Source: Gemmata obscuriglobus
GTDB lineage: Bacteria; Planctomycetota; Planctomycetia; Gemmatales; Gemmataceae
DNA length: 32,000 nucleotides
Reading direction: 5' to 3'
Assembly: GCF_008065095.1 (NCBI RefSeq)
Contig: NZ_CP042911.1
Span: 930,001 to 962,000 of the forward strand
The notes under the pieces are model-generated. The model was not told the DNA's origin, ran no database searches, and worked only from the letters and a program-made list of their open reading frames with translations. How positions within the stretch are numbered: position 1 is the stretch's first letter; each line of letters begins with the position of its first letter. Below, in pieces: positions 15,942 to 23,838 of the stretch. The position numbers and the translations under genes are program-made.

Positions 15942-17426
15942 ATGACAGACGAGTTGGCCGAAGCGCTGGTCACGCTGTTCGAGCGGCTCGGCCCGTACGC
16001 GCAGACGGACCCGCACCTGCGGGCCGCGGTGCAGGGGTTGGGCCGGGCGGTCTCCGCGTGGGCCGAGCAACTCGCACCGCCGACCGCTTCCGAGCCAGTG
16101 ACTCCCGCCCCCGCTCCGTCCCCCCCACCGCCCCCGCCCGCTCCGCCGGTCGTGATCCCTTCCGACTTCACGCTCGCCCGCCCGCCCGAACCGAGCCGCC
16201 CGTTCTACCAGGACGAAGACGGGCACGGGGTCACCCCGGTCGAGCCGGCGGTGGTCGCCCGGCGGTGCCGGCTGAAGGCCGAGGCCGCCCGGGTGGTCGC
16301 GGCCCGCAAGCGCGGGGAAGCGGCGGCGCACGACGACCTCGTGCGCCGGGCCGGCGCGGTGCCCGACTGCGACCTGTGGATGCTCCACCCGGGGGACTAC
16401 GTGGACGCGCCCAAGGCGTGGGACGACCTGGGCGGGGCGTTCGCGGTCGGCGCCGAGGCCGCGGACCTGCTCGCGGCGCTGGAGGGGCTGCCCGAGCCGC
16501 TCGCGTCCCGGCACCGCGAGCAGGTCCTGTACGCCGCCGCCGAGGCCCAGGCGCTGGTGTGGGCCGGCGTCCTCGACGTCCACCGCCGCGCCGACAACGA
16601 CCAGATCCACCTGTTCATCCATGTTCGCGAGCGCGCCCGCGAGCACCGGCTGTACATCAACCGGTATCTGCGGAAGGAGGACCGCGTTTCCGCCGACCGG
16701 TGGCCGGAACTGCTCGCCCGGCTGGCGACGCTCCGCGACCTGCTCGCCGACGCCCGCAGCAAGGCCCGCAGCCGCGAGAAGAGCCTCACCAACCTGAAGT
16801 ACAAGCTCCGGAAGATGGCCGCCGCGCCCGCGGCCGCGACCGGCGACTGGCCCCGGGTGCTGGAACTGCTCGAAGAGGTGGTGGCGGCCGGGGTGCCGCC
16901 GAGCAACGTCGAGGTGCGCGAGCTGCTGTTGCCGGTGCTCGACTCGCTGCCCGAGGACCTGGAGCCCGGGCCGCACGCCGAGCGGGCGTTCGCCGCGGCG
17001 ACCGAGTACCTGGCCACCCGCCCCACGCCGGCGGAACTGCTGGGGGCGGAGCCGCCGGGGGCGGAGGTGCGCGCCGCCGCCGACCTGCTCCGCGGCCGGG
17101 AGCTGGTGCTGATCGGCGGCGTGGAGCGGCCTGCGGCCCGCCGGGCGCTCGAGGCCGCACTCGGTCTCAGCCGGCTCAACTGGCTCTCGACCCGGCCGCA
17201 CGAGTCGGTGACGTACTTCGAGCCCGCGGTGGCCCGCCCGGCCGTGGCCGCGGTGCTGCTCGCGATCCGGTGGTCCAGCCACAGCTACGGCGACGTGAAA
17301 GATTACTGCGACAAGTACGGCAAGCCGATCGTGTACCTGGCCGCCGGGTACAACCCGAACCAGGTGGCTCACCAGATCCTCGCCCAGATCGGCGAGCGGC
17401 TCCGCGCCCTCGGCCGCACCGGGTAG
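15942..17426 (+). CDS. Hypothetical protein with Pro-rich linker and C-terminal DUF2325-like domain (494 aa)
   Basis: Track ORF. The C-terminal LLRGRELVLIGGVERPAARRALEAALGL...VAAVLLAIRWSSHSYGDVKDYCDKYGKPIVYLAAGYNPNQV resembles DUF2325 (VGG ... vsH ... vK ... kp). The family call is from memory. Confidence 0.6.
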   Translation: MTDELAEALVTLFERLGPYAQTDPHLRAAVQGLGRAVSAWAEQLAPPTASEPVTPAPAPSPPPPPPAPPVVIPSDFTLARPPEPSRPFYQDEDGHGVTPVEPAVVARRCRLKAEAARVVAARKRGEAAAHDDLVRRAGAVPDCDLWMLHPGDYVDAPKAWDDLGGAFAVGAEAADLLAALEGLPEPLASRHREQVLYAAAEAQALVWAGVLDVHRRADNDQIHLFIHVRERAREHRLYINRYLRKEDRVSADRWPELLARLATLRDLLADARSKARSREKSLTNLKYKLRKMAAAPAAATGDWPRVLELLEEVVAAGVPPSNVEVRELLLPVLDSLPEDLEPGPHAERAFAAATEYLATRPTPAELLGAEPPGAEVRAAADLLRGRELVLIGGVERPAARRALEAALGLSRLNWLSTRPHESVTYFEPAVARPAVAAVLLAIRWSSHSYGDVKDYCDKYGKPIVYLAAGYNPNQVAHQILAQIGERLRALGRTG

Positions 17427-17610
17427 AGGCCAGACGACGTGTTCACCGCAGAGTGCGCGAGAAGGCGCAGAGAAAACCGAGAGGAAATGTGCGTGAGAAT
17501 CACGTCCACGCGCACAGCGCGAATGCTCTTCTCCGGTTTTCTTCTCACTATTCTTGCATTTCCTTCGCGCCCTCTCGCGTCCTCTGCGGTGAACACGTCG
17601 TCCGGCCTCC
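17426..17610. repeat. 185-bp palindromic (MITE/REP-like) element filling a convergent intergenic gap
   Basis: Terminal inverted repeats run 17426-17468 versus 17568-17610. The first 28 nt (gaggccagacgacgtgttcaccgcagag) match the reverse complement of the right end at 27/28, and the next 15 nt at 12/15. The AT-richer interior has further complementary blocks (gaaaaccg/cggttttc, ggaaatg/catttcc). Confidence 0.65.
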
Positions 17611-17618
17611 ATTCTCGG

Positions 17619-18812
17619 CTACGACTTCAGCACCCCGATCTGCTTGCCGACCTCGGTGAAGGCCGCGATCGCGCGGTCGACCTGCTCCGGGGTGTGCGCG
17701 GCGCTCACCTGCATCCGGATGCGGGCCTGGCCGTGCGGCACCACCGGGTAGCTGAACCCGATCACGTAAATGCCGCGCTTCAGCAGCTCGTCGGCCATCT
17801 TCGTGGCCACGGCGGCGTCGCCCAACATCACGGGCAGGATCGGCGTGGGGCCGGGCTTGATGGTGAAGCCGGCGGCCTCGAGCCCGCCCCGGAGCTTCGC
17901 GGTGTTGGCCTTCAGCTTGGCGCGCAGGTCGGTCGCCGACTCGGCCAGTTCGAGGGCCTTCACCCCCGCGGTCACCAGCGCCGGCGGTACGCTGTTGGAG
18001 AACAGGTACGGGCGCGACCGGTTGCGGAGCCAGTCCACGATCTCGGCGCTCGACGCGGTGAACCCGCCGCTCGCGCCGCCGAGCGTTTTGCCGAGCGTGC
18101 CGGTAATCACGTCGATGCGGTCCAGCACCCCCAGCTCTTCGGCCCCGCCGCGGCCGGTGGCGCCCAGGTGCCCGGTCGCGTGGCAGTCGTCGATGCCCAC
18201 GGCGGCGCCGTACTGGTCCGAGAGCTGGCAAATGTCGGGGAGCTTCGCGAGGTCACCGTCCATGCTGAACACGCTGTCGGTGAAGATCAGCTTGAACCGG
18301 CACCCCTTGGCCTCTTCGAGCTTGGCCTTCAGGTCGGCCATGTCGTTGTGCTTGTAGCGGAACCGCTGGGCCTTGCAGAGCCGCACCCCGTCTATGATCG
18401 AGGCGTGGTTGAGTTCGTCGGACAGGATCGCATCCTGATCGGTGAGAAGCGGCTCGAACAGCCCGCCGTTGGCGTCGAAGCACGAGATGTAGAGGATGCT
18501 GTCGCCCTTGCCGAAGAACTTCGCGATCCGCTGTTCGCCCTGCTTGTGAACATCCTGCGTGCCGCAGATGAACCGCACGCTGGACAGGCCGTAGCCCCAT
18601 TCCTTGATGCCCTCCTGCGCCGCCGCCACGATGTCCGGGTGGTTCGCCAGCCCGAGGTAGTTGTTGGCGCAGAAGTTGATGACGTCCTGCCCGTTCACCG
18701 TGATGCCCGACATTTGCGGCGAGGTGATGCGGCGCTCGGCCTTGTACAGCCCCTTCGATTTGAGGTCCTCAAGCTGCGTGCGCAGGAAGGCGTTGATGTT
18801 ATCGGCCGGCAT
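17619..18812 (-). CDS. kbl: Glycine C-acetyltransferase (2-amino-3-ketobutyrate CoA ligase)
   Basis: 397 aa from the ATG at 18812. [33 protein letters not shown]...[10 protein letters not shown]...[12 protein letters not shown]...DSVFSMDGD (PLP-lysine region)...DDCHATG. The track ORF 17619..19136 is artificially extended 108 codons through the palindromic element. Confidence 0.92.
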   Translation of the reverse strand: MPADNINAFLRTQLEDLKSKGLYKAERRITSPQMSGITVNGQDVINFCANNYLGLANHPDIVAAAQEGIKEWGYGLSSVRFICGTQDVHKQGEQRIAKFFGKGDSILYISCFDANGGLFEPLLTDQDAILSDELNHASIIDGVRLCKAQRFRYKHNDMADLKAKLEEAKGCRFKLIFTDSVFSMDGDLAKLPDICQLSDQYGAAVGIDDCHATGHLGATGRGGAEELGVLDRIDVITGTLGKTLGGASGGFTASSAEIVDWLRNRSRPYLFSNSVPPALVTAGVKALELAESATDLRAKLKANTAKLRGGLEAAGFTIKPGPTPILPVMLGDAAVATKMADELLKRGIYVIGFSYPVVPHGQARIRMQVSAAHTPEQVDRAIAAFTEVGKQIGVLKS

Positions 18813-18972
18813 GAAAAGGCTCCGTGTTTGGAGCCGGTATTTTAGTGGGCGGGCGTTCCGGCACCAGAACCGGACCGCTGTCGCGAACGGGCGTCGAAGC
18901 ACTCCGGTCGGTTCAAAAGCGGCACGTGGCGGGCGCCGAATCGGACCAAGCCTGGTTGATACGCAAGTTGTT

Positions 18973-19140
18973 CGGTGCGGGATTCGCGGTGGCGACCCAC
19001 CCCCGGCCCCTCCCTGAAGGGAGGGGAGCTTGGCTGATGCGTCTGGTGGCGCTCGACGCGCAAGGCGTTTCGGACGTGTCTTCCTTCCCCTCCCTTCAGG
19101 GAGGGGCCGGGGGTGGGTCGCCACCGCGAATCCCACACCG
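18973..19140. repeat. 168-bp palindromic (MITE/REP-like) element with 55-nt inverted repeats (54/55 match)
   Basis: The left arm 18973-19027 is cggtgcgggattcgcggtggcgacccacccccggcccctccctgaagggagggga. It is the reverse complement of the right arm 19086-19140 with one c/t difference. Each arm holds its own sub-hairpin (cccctccc tgaa gggagggg). The same peptide ([16 protein letters not shown]) appears in track ORFs on both strands, which is a palindrome signature. Confidence 0.85.
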
Positions 19141-19183
19141 AATACGATCCCGCGAAACAGTCACTCCTCAACCGGATTTGGCA

Positions 19184-20401
19184 TCAGTCCTTTGTCACCG
19201 GGCGGAGCAATCGGCACGCGTAGCGCCCCAGACGGATCAGCAGCACGCGGTTCAGGTAGCCGGTGGTCACCTTCGCGCCCACCTTACCCACCACTTTTCC
19301 GACCACGCCCGCGCTCACGCTCACGCCGACCGTACTCATCGCCTCGTTGAACAACTGGTCGTACTGGTCTTCCGCCAGCTTCTCCCACTCGGTCGCCTGG
19401 CCCGCGAGGTAGGCGTTAAAGAAGGTCCGCCCCATCAGCACCGCCGTCCCGGTGCGCCCGGCCCGCAGGTTGTACAACTGGCACAGCTCCGAGAGCATGG
19501 AGAACGTGTAGAACAGCGTCGCGCCGGAGTCGATCATCGCGTTCGGGGCCACGGCCGTCAGCACCCAGATGCGGCTCGCCCAGTACCGGGCGCGGGCCTC
19601 CGCGGCGGCGTCGATCACGCTCTGGAACTGGTCGCGGAACCGCGCGAACCACTGGTCCGACGAGGCGAACTTGTCGTGATCGAGCAGCTCCGCGCGAACC
19701 GCCTTCAGCCGCGCGACCGCGTCGGGCGTGAGTCCGAGCTTTTCCAGGGCGCGGCGGTCCCTTTCGGTGTCGATCGGGTAGGTCTTCAGGTACGTCTCGA
19801 TCTGCGCCCGCGCCTCGTTGGTGCGTGCCGCCGCGAGCCACCGCAGCCGGGTGCGGTTCGACAGCTCCTTGATCCCCTTCACCCGCAACTGCCGGTTCTC
19901 GCGCAGCCGCACGTACAGCACGAGGAACCGGACGAACGCGTACAGCACGCAGCACCCGAACAGCCCCAGCCCGGCGTACCCGACGTACTGCGCCCACTCC
20001 GGCTGCGCCGCCAGGGCGTGGAGCAGTTGGGCGGTCTGGTTGAACAGGAACACCCCCAGCACCCCGGTTACGCCGAGCAGCGCCGCGAGCGCGATCGGCG
20101 AGCCGAACCACCCGAGCCAGCCGAGCCCGGTGGGGTCCGAGGTGAGGAGCAGTTCCGCCTCAGCGACATCGCGGGCGGCCTGCTCGTCGTCGAGGAGCTT
20201 GAGCTGGGCGAGGTCGGCGCGGCTCAGCTCGGTGAGGTCCGCGGGCACCTGGGGCGGGCGCCCGAGTTCCGTTTCGCCCGGGCGCAGCTCGAGCCCGTCC
20301 GCGCCCTCGGGGGCCGACGGGCGCGTCGGTGCGGGCACGCGCCCGGGGGCGAGCGCGGCGCCGGGCACGCCGATGCGGAGGTCGTCGTCTTCGGACTGCA
20401 T
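19184..20401 (-). CDS. DUF697 / YcjF-like membrane protein (405 aa)
   Basis: Track ORF. It has an acidic N-terminus and two hydrophobic helices (IALAALLGVTGVLGVFLF; GYAGLGLFGCCVLYAFVRFLVL). It then has NAMIDSGATLFYTFSMLSELCQLYNLRAGRTGTAVLMGRTF, which resembles the DUF697 core. From memory. Confidence 0.55.
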   Translation of the reverse strand: MQSEDDDLRIGVPGAALAPGRVPAPTRPSAPEGADGLELRPGETELGRPPQVPADLTELSRADLAQLKLLDDEQAARDVAEAELLLTSDPTGLGWLGWFGSPIALAALLGVTGVLGVFLFNQTAQLLHALAAQPEWAQYVGYAGLGLFGCCVLYAFVRFLVLYVRLRENRQLRVKGIKELSNRTRLRWLAAARTNEARAQIETYLKTYPIDTERDRRALEKLGLTPDAVARLKAVRAELLDHDKFASSDQWFARFRDQFQSVIDAAAEARARYWASRIWVLTAVAPNAMIDSGATLFYTFSMLSELCQLYNLRAGRTGTAVLMGRTFFNAYLAGQATEWEKLAEDQYDQLFNEAMSTVGVSVSAGVVGKVVGKVGAKVTTGYLNRVLLIRLGRYACRLLRPVTKD

Positions 20402-20512
20402 CGTTCGATCCTCGCGTGAAGCGGTGTCCGGCGCGGCACCATTGTACCCGACTTGCGGGCGGGCCGGAACGGACCTACATTGAGCCTCTCATTCAACCGG
20501 AGCCGCGGACGC

Positions 20513-21121
20513 ATGAACACGCCACCGACCACCTTCAAGCCGATGACGCTCGCGCTCGCCGGCGCGGGCCTCGCCCTGACCGCGCTGCTCCCGCTCGCGT
20601 TCGCACAGGCGCCCGCCGAGTACCGCGTGTGGAACGCCAGCGTGATCGGCGCGCTCGCGCTCTTCGCGGCCGCCCGGCTCGGGCTCTGGCAGGGCCTCGC
20701 GCTCACCGCGGTGGCGATCGCGCTGAAGGACCTGGGGCTGTACCTCACCACCGCGTGGTGGGAGCCGTACCCGCCGTCGTGGCTGTACTTCGCCGGGTAC
20801 GCGCTGAGCGGCTGGGCTCTGCTCCGCCGCTCGCCGTCCGTGGGGCGGGCCGTCGGGGTCTCGCTGGGCGCCAGCGTGGCCTTCTTCTTCGTCAGCAACT
20901 TCGTGAGCTGGCTCGAACTGGCCCTCCCCTATGAGCGTTCGCTCGGCGGGCTGTTATCTTCATACGCGGCCGGGGTCCCGTTCTACCGCGGCACGCTGCT
21001 GGGCGATGTCGGGTTTGGCGCGCTGTTCTTCGGGGCACACGCGGTGCTGGCTCGGGCTTACTTCCCCGCGGAGCGCGTCAACGCGGCCCCGGCGGCACAC
21101 GAGGCGGAGGGGAACTGGTGA
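20513..21121 (+). CDS. Polytopic membrane protein, DUF6580-like (202 aa)
   Basis: ATG at 20513 inside track ORF 20453..21121. It contains NASVIGALALFAAARL..., SLGASVAFFFVSNFVSWL and LLSSYAAGVPFYRGTLLGDVGFGALFFG, which matches my recollection of DUF6580. The stop overlaps the next start as GTGA. Confidence 0.55.
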   Translation: MNTPPTTFKPMTLALAGAGLALTALLPLAFAQAPAEYRVWNASVIGALALFAAARLGLWQGLALTAVAIALKDLGLYLTTAWWEPYPPSWLYFAGYALSGWALLRRSPSVGRAVGVSLGASVAFFFVSNFVSWLELALPYERSLGGLLSSYAAGVPFYRGTLLGDVGFGALFFGAHAVLARAYFPAERVNAAPAAHEAEGNW

Positions 21122-21408
21122 AATACGCGGCCGTCATTGAGTACAGCCAGGATCAAGAGCTGGTGGGCACGCACCGCCCGGCGCACCGGGCGTACCTCGC
21201 GAGCCTGATCGAGAAGAACCAGCTCTTCGCTAGCGGCCCGACCGAAGACGGGTACGGCGCCCTCATCGTCTACGAGGCCGACTCGCCCGAGGCGGTCGAG
21301 GCCCTGATGAAGGCGGACCCGTTCTTCGCGGCCGGCGTGTTCCTGAAGTGGACCGTCCGCCCGTGGAAAATGGTGCTCTTCAACCCGAAGCTGGCACCGC
21401 AAGCGTGA
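21118..21408 (+). CDS. YciI-family protein (96 aa)
   Basis: (M)KYAAVIEYSQDQELVGTHRPAHRAYLASLIEKNQLFASGP...ADPFFAAGVF has the typical YciI length and motifs. The GTG start overlaps the upstream stop. Confidence 0.8.
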   Translation: MKYAAVIEYSQDQELVGTHRPAHRAYLASLIEKNQLFASGPTEDGYGALIVYEADSPEAVEALMKADPFFAAGVFLKWTVRPWKMVLFNPKLAPQA

Positions 21409-21415
21409 ACCGACA

Positions 21416-22102
21416 GTGAGGCCCGATATGTTCGATGCCGCCATCGAAAGGGGCACACGCGAGTTGTGGTGGCGTCACGAAACCCACCCCCGCGACCTGC
21501 TAGAGTTCCTTGAAAATCGCTGCCAAGGCCGGAAGTGGCGCCTCTTCATGTGTGCGTGCGGGCGCCGCTGTTTGGACCAAATGCCCAGCGCGGTATTTCG
21601 AAACGCCGTTGCCACGAGTGAAGCTTACGCAGACGGCTTCGCGTCCACTGAAACGATGTCGGCCCTCGCCCACGACGCGAGCCGTGAGCTACAGCGATAC
21701 TACGATCAAACAAAGCCGCATTGTGCGGGTAGCGTTGCCATTGAGGCGGCATCCCTGGGAGGTGCTTATCTCTTCGAATGCACGGTGCGTCTGATCGACT
21801 TCGCAGCTTGTATTACGGAGAACGAGGCTCTTGAAAATGCGGTCCAAGCGCAACTCGTCCGCGACATTTTCGGCAATCCATTCCAGCCCGTGGTGTTCCA
21901 CTCAGAGTGGCTGACCTCTACGGTTCGCGCACTCGCGCACGGGATGTACGAGTCTCGCGACTTCAGCGCGATGCCGATCCTCGCCGATGCACTGCAAGAC
22001 GCGAGATGCGAGGACGGTGCCATCCTCGACCACTGCCGCGACCCGCACGGCGTCCACGTCTGCGGGTGCTGGGTGGTTGACCTCGTACTCGGCAAGTCGT
22101 GA
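21416..22102 (+). CDS. Long-form paralog 2: C-terminal PILADALQDARC module, ends DLVLGKS (228 aa)
   Basis: Track ORF with a GTG start at 21416; the ATG at 21428 is also possible. ...FGNPFQPVVFHSEWLTSTVRALAHGMYESRDFSAMPILADALQDARCEDGAILDHCRDPHGVHVCGCWVVDLVLGKS. G+C is lower than the flanks. Confidence 0.8.
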   Translation: MRPDMFDAAIERGTRELWWRHETHPRDLLEFLENRCQGRKWRLFMCACGRRCLDQMPSAVFRNAVATSEAYADGFASTETMSALAHDASRELQRYYDQTKPHCAGSVAIEAASLGGAYLFECTVRLIDFAACITENEALENAVQAQLVRDIFGNPFQPVVFHSEWLTSTVRALAHGMYESRDFSAMPILADALQDARCEDGAILDHCRDPHGVHVCGCWVVDLVLGKS

Positions 22103-22131
22103 CGTTACGCTTGTGGTGAGGAGGCGCACCG

Positions 22132-22713
22132 ATGAGCACCAAACCGCCATCAACAGGGGTCCGCACGTTCCGGTTCAACTGCGAGCAGTACCACCGGCTC
22201 GGCGCGCTCGGCTTCTTCGACGGGAAGCGCGTTGAACTGATCCGCGGTGAGATCGTCGAAATGAGCCCGATCAACTGGCCGCACCAGCTCGGCAAGATCA
22301 AACTCACCCGGGCACTCGAAGCCGCGTTCACCGGAATCGGGTGGATCAACGAGCAGGGGCCGCTCGCGATCGGCGATTCGGAGCCGCAGCCCGATGTTGC
22401 GGTGATCGCGGGCCAGCCCGAAGACTACGCCGACCACCCGCGAACCGCCCTGCTCGTCGCCGAAATCTCGGACACGACGCTCTCCGAAGACACCACAACG
22501 AAAGCCGAGTTGTACGCGACGGCCGGGATCGCGGACTACTGGGTGCTGGACGTGGTCGGTCGCGAACTGCACGTGTTCCGCGACCCGCGACCGCTTCCGG
22601 CGGGGCTCGGCGCCACCGCGTACCACGCGCACCACGTGTTCGGCCCTACCGATCGCGTCAGCCCGCTCGCCGCGCCGGGCGCGACGATACTCGTCGCCGA
22701 CTTGCTGCCGTAA
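22132..22713 (+). CDS. Uma2-family (DUF820) putative endonuclease
   Basis: 193 aa. FNCEQYHRLGALGFFDGKRVELIRGEIVEMSP...EPQPDVAV...LVAEISDTTLSEDTTTKAELYATAGIADYWVLD shows the PD-(D/E)xK-like Uma2 pattern. Confidence 0.85.
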   Translation: MSTKPPSTGVRTFRFNCEQYHRLGALGFFDGKRVELIRGEIVEMSPINWPHQLGKIKLTRALEAAFTGIGWINEQGPLAIGDSEPQPDVAVIAGQPEDYADHPRTALLVAEISDTTLSEDTTTKAELYATAGIADYWVLDVVGRELHVFRDPRPLPAGLGATAYHAHHVFGPTDRVSPLAAPGATILVADLLP

Positions 22714-22798
22714 GTGACCACATTGAGACGGAACTGCCCACCACGTCCCCGCGGGTGCGACGCACCCGCCGACGGCCCTAATTAGAAGCAGAGACGGA

Positions 22799-23146
22799 AT
22801 GAGCGATATCGATCTCGCGGTGACACGCGCGAAGGCGCTGGAAGGGCTGCTGGAAGCGATCGGCGCGACGGGGAAGGGCCTGCACGACAAGGTCACGAGC
22901 GTGCAGGCGAAGTTGCCGCAAACGCTGGTGCGTAAGATCCGGTTCGTCGCGACCGTGCGGAACAAGATCGTTCACGAGGCGGATTACAAGCAGATCGACG
23001 ACCGGGCCGGGTTCGTCCGCGCGTGCGACGAGGCCGAGGCAGAACTGCGGGCGATGGCCGCGCCGCCGCAGGTTATTAACAAGGGATGCTTCGCGCTGGT
23101 AGTGCTGTTCGCGCTGACGATCGGTGTGTTGTGGCGGGTGGTGTAA
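22799..23146 (+). CDS. Small tail-anchored hypothetical protein (115 aa), weak DUF4145-like resemblance
   Basis: Track ORF. The soluble helical N-domain is GKGLHDKVTSVQAKLPQTLVRKIRFVATVRNKIVHE. A single C-terminal TM follows (GCFALVVLFALTIGVLWRVV). The domain resemblance is only a recollection. Confidence 0.5.
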   Translation: MSDIDLAVTRAKALEGLLEAIGATGKGLHDKVTSVQAKLPQTLVRKIRFVATVRNKIVHEADYKQIDDRAGFVRACDEAEAELRAMAAPPQVINKGCFALVVLFALTIGVLWRVV

Positions 23147-23160
23147 AGCGAGCAAGGCTT

Positions 23161-23185
23161 GGCGGCCCCAAGGCATGGGGCCGCC
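23161..23185. terminator. 10-bp-stem hairpin between convergent genes
   Basis: ggcggcccca aggca tggggccgcc, exact complementarity. Confidence 0.5.
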
Positions 23186-23207
23186 GAGCGTTATCTGTTT
23201 AACAAGC

Positions 23208-23726
23208 TCAGCCCTGCAAGTGAGCTTCGAGGAAGTAGAGCGACTGGTCGATGTCGCGTGACACTTCGGTGAACAAATCGGCCGTGTCCTTATCACCGAG
23301 TTCATCGGTCTCGTCGATGGCCTCGCGGACCGTCTTACCCAGCGCCGCGTACCGGTCGGCGAGCGCCGCGACCACGTCCATCGACTTGTACACCCCGGCC
23401 GGGAACTCCGCCACCCGGCTCGACGCGGCCGCCTGGCGTGTTGTACCGGTCGCGATCCCGCCCAGGGCGGTCACCCGCTCGGCGAACTGATCGACGTGCC
23501 CTTCCAGCAACTCCGCCAGTTCGTCGAACAGCTTGTGCAGGCCGATGAAGTCGCGGCCCTTCACGTTCCAGTGCGCGTACTTGGTCTGAGACATCAGGTC
23601 GAACGTGTCCGCGACGTGCTGGTTCAGCACCGAGATCAGTTTCGCCCGGACATCGGCGGCGAGGTCGATGCGGGTCGGGTACGGCGGGGCGGCATCGGCC
23701 TTCTTGGCGGCGGTGTTGGTGCTCAT
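23208..23726 (-). CDS. dps: Dps (DNA starvation/stationary-phase protection protein, ferritin-like)
   Basis: 172 aa from the ATG at 23726, with ggaga upstream. LNQHVADTFDLMSQTKYAHWNVKGRDFIGLHKLFDELAELLEGHVDQFAERVTALGG carries the Dps ferroxidase-site motifs. The track ORF 23208..24317 is over-extended. Confidence 0.9.
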   Translation of the reverse strand: MSTNTAAKKADAAPPYPTRIDLAADVRAKLISVLNQHVADTFDLMSQTKYAHWNVKGRDFIGLHKLFDELAELLEGHVDQFAERVTALGGIATGTTRQAAASSRVAEFPAGVYKSMDVVAALADRYAALGKTVREAIDETDELGDKDTADLFTEVSRDIDQSLYFLEAHLQG

Positions 23727-23838
23727 CGGTCGATCTCCTGCGGAAGGTACGTTGATCCACCTGACACGGGGAACTACCAGCGGCAGGTGAGAGCCTAACG
23801 CACGATTCAACCGATGTATAGCAACGGCCGTGCCGATG

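Noticed and set aside
15789-17659. Upstream 600 codons of the minus ORF 15345..17612, and the + ORF 15860..17659
   Set aside because: Both are alternative frames or strands of the 15942-17426 gene. The minus ORF becomes protein-like only from the ATG at 15788 (signal peptide + TIGR03067 pattern). The 599-aa + ORF is Arg/Gly/Pro-rich junk.
18813-19136. 108-codon N-terminal extension of kbl in the track (505 aa)
   Set aside because: The extension reads through the palindromic element 18973-19140. Kbl homologues start at MPADNINAF..., giving 397 aa against about 398 aa in E. coli.
18824-20419. 531-aa + strand ORF
   Set aside because: It is antisense to the DUF697-like gene and runs through the palindromic element. 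The composition is Arg/Pro/Gly/Gln-rich.
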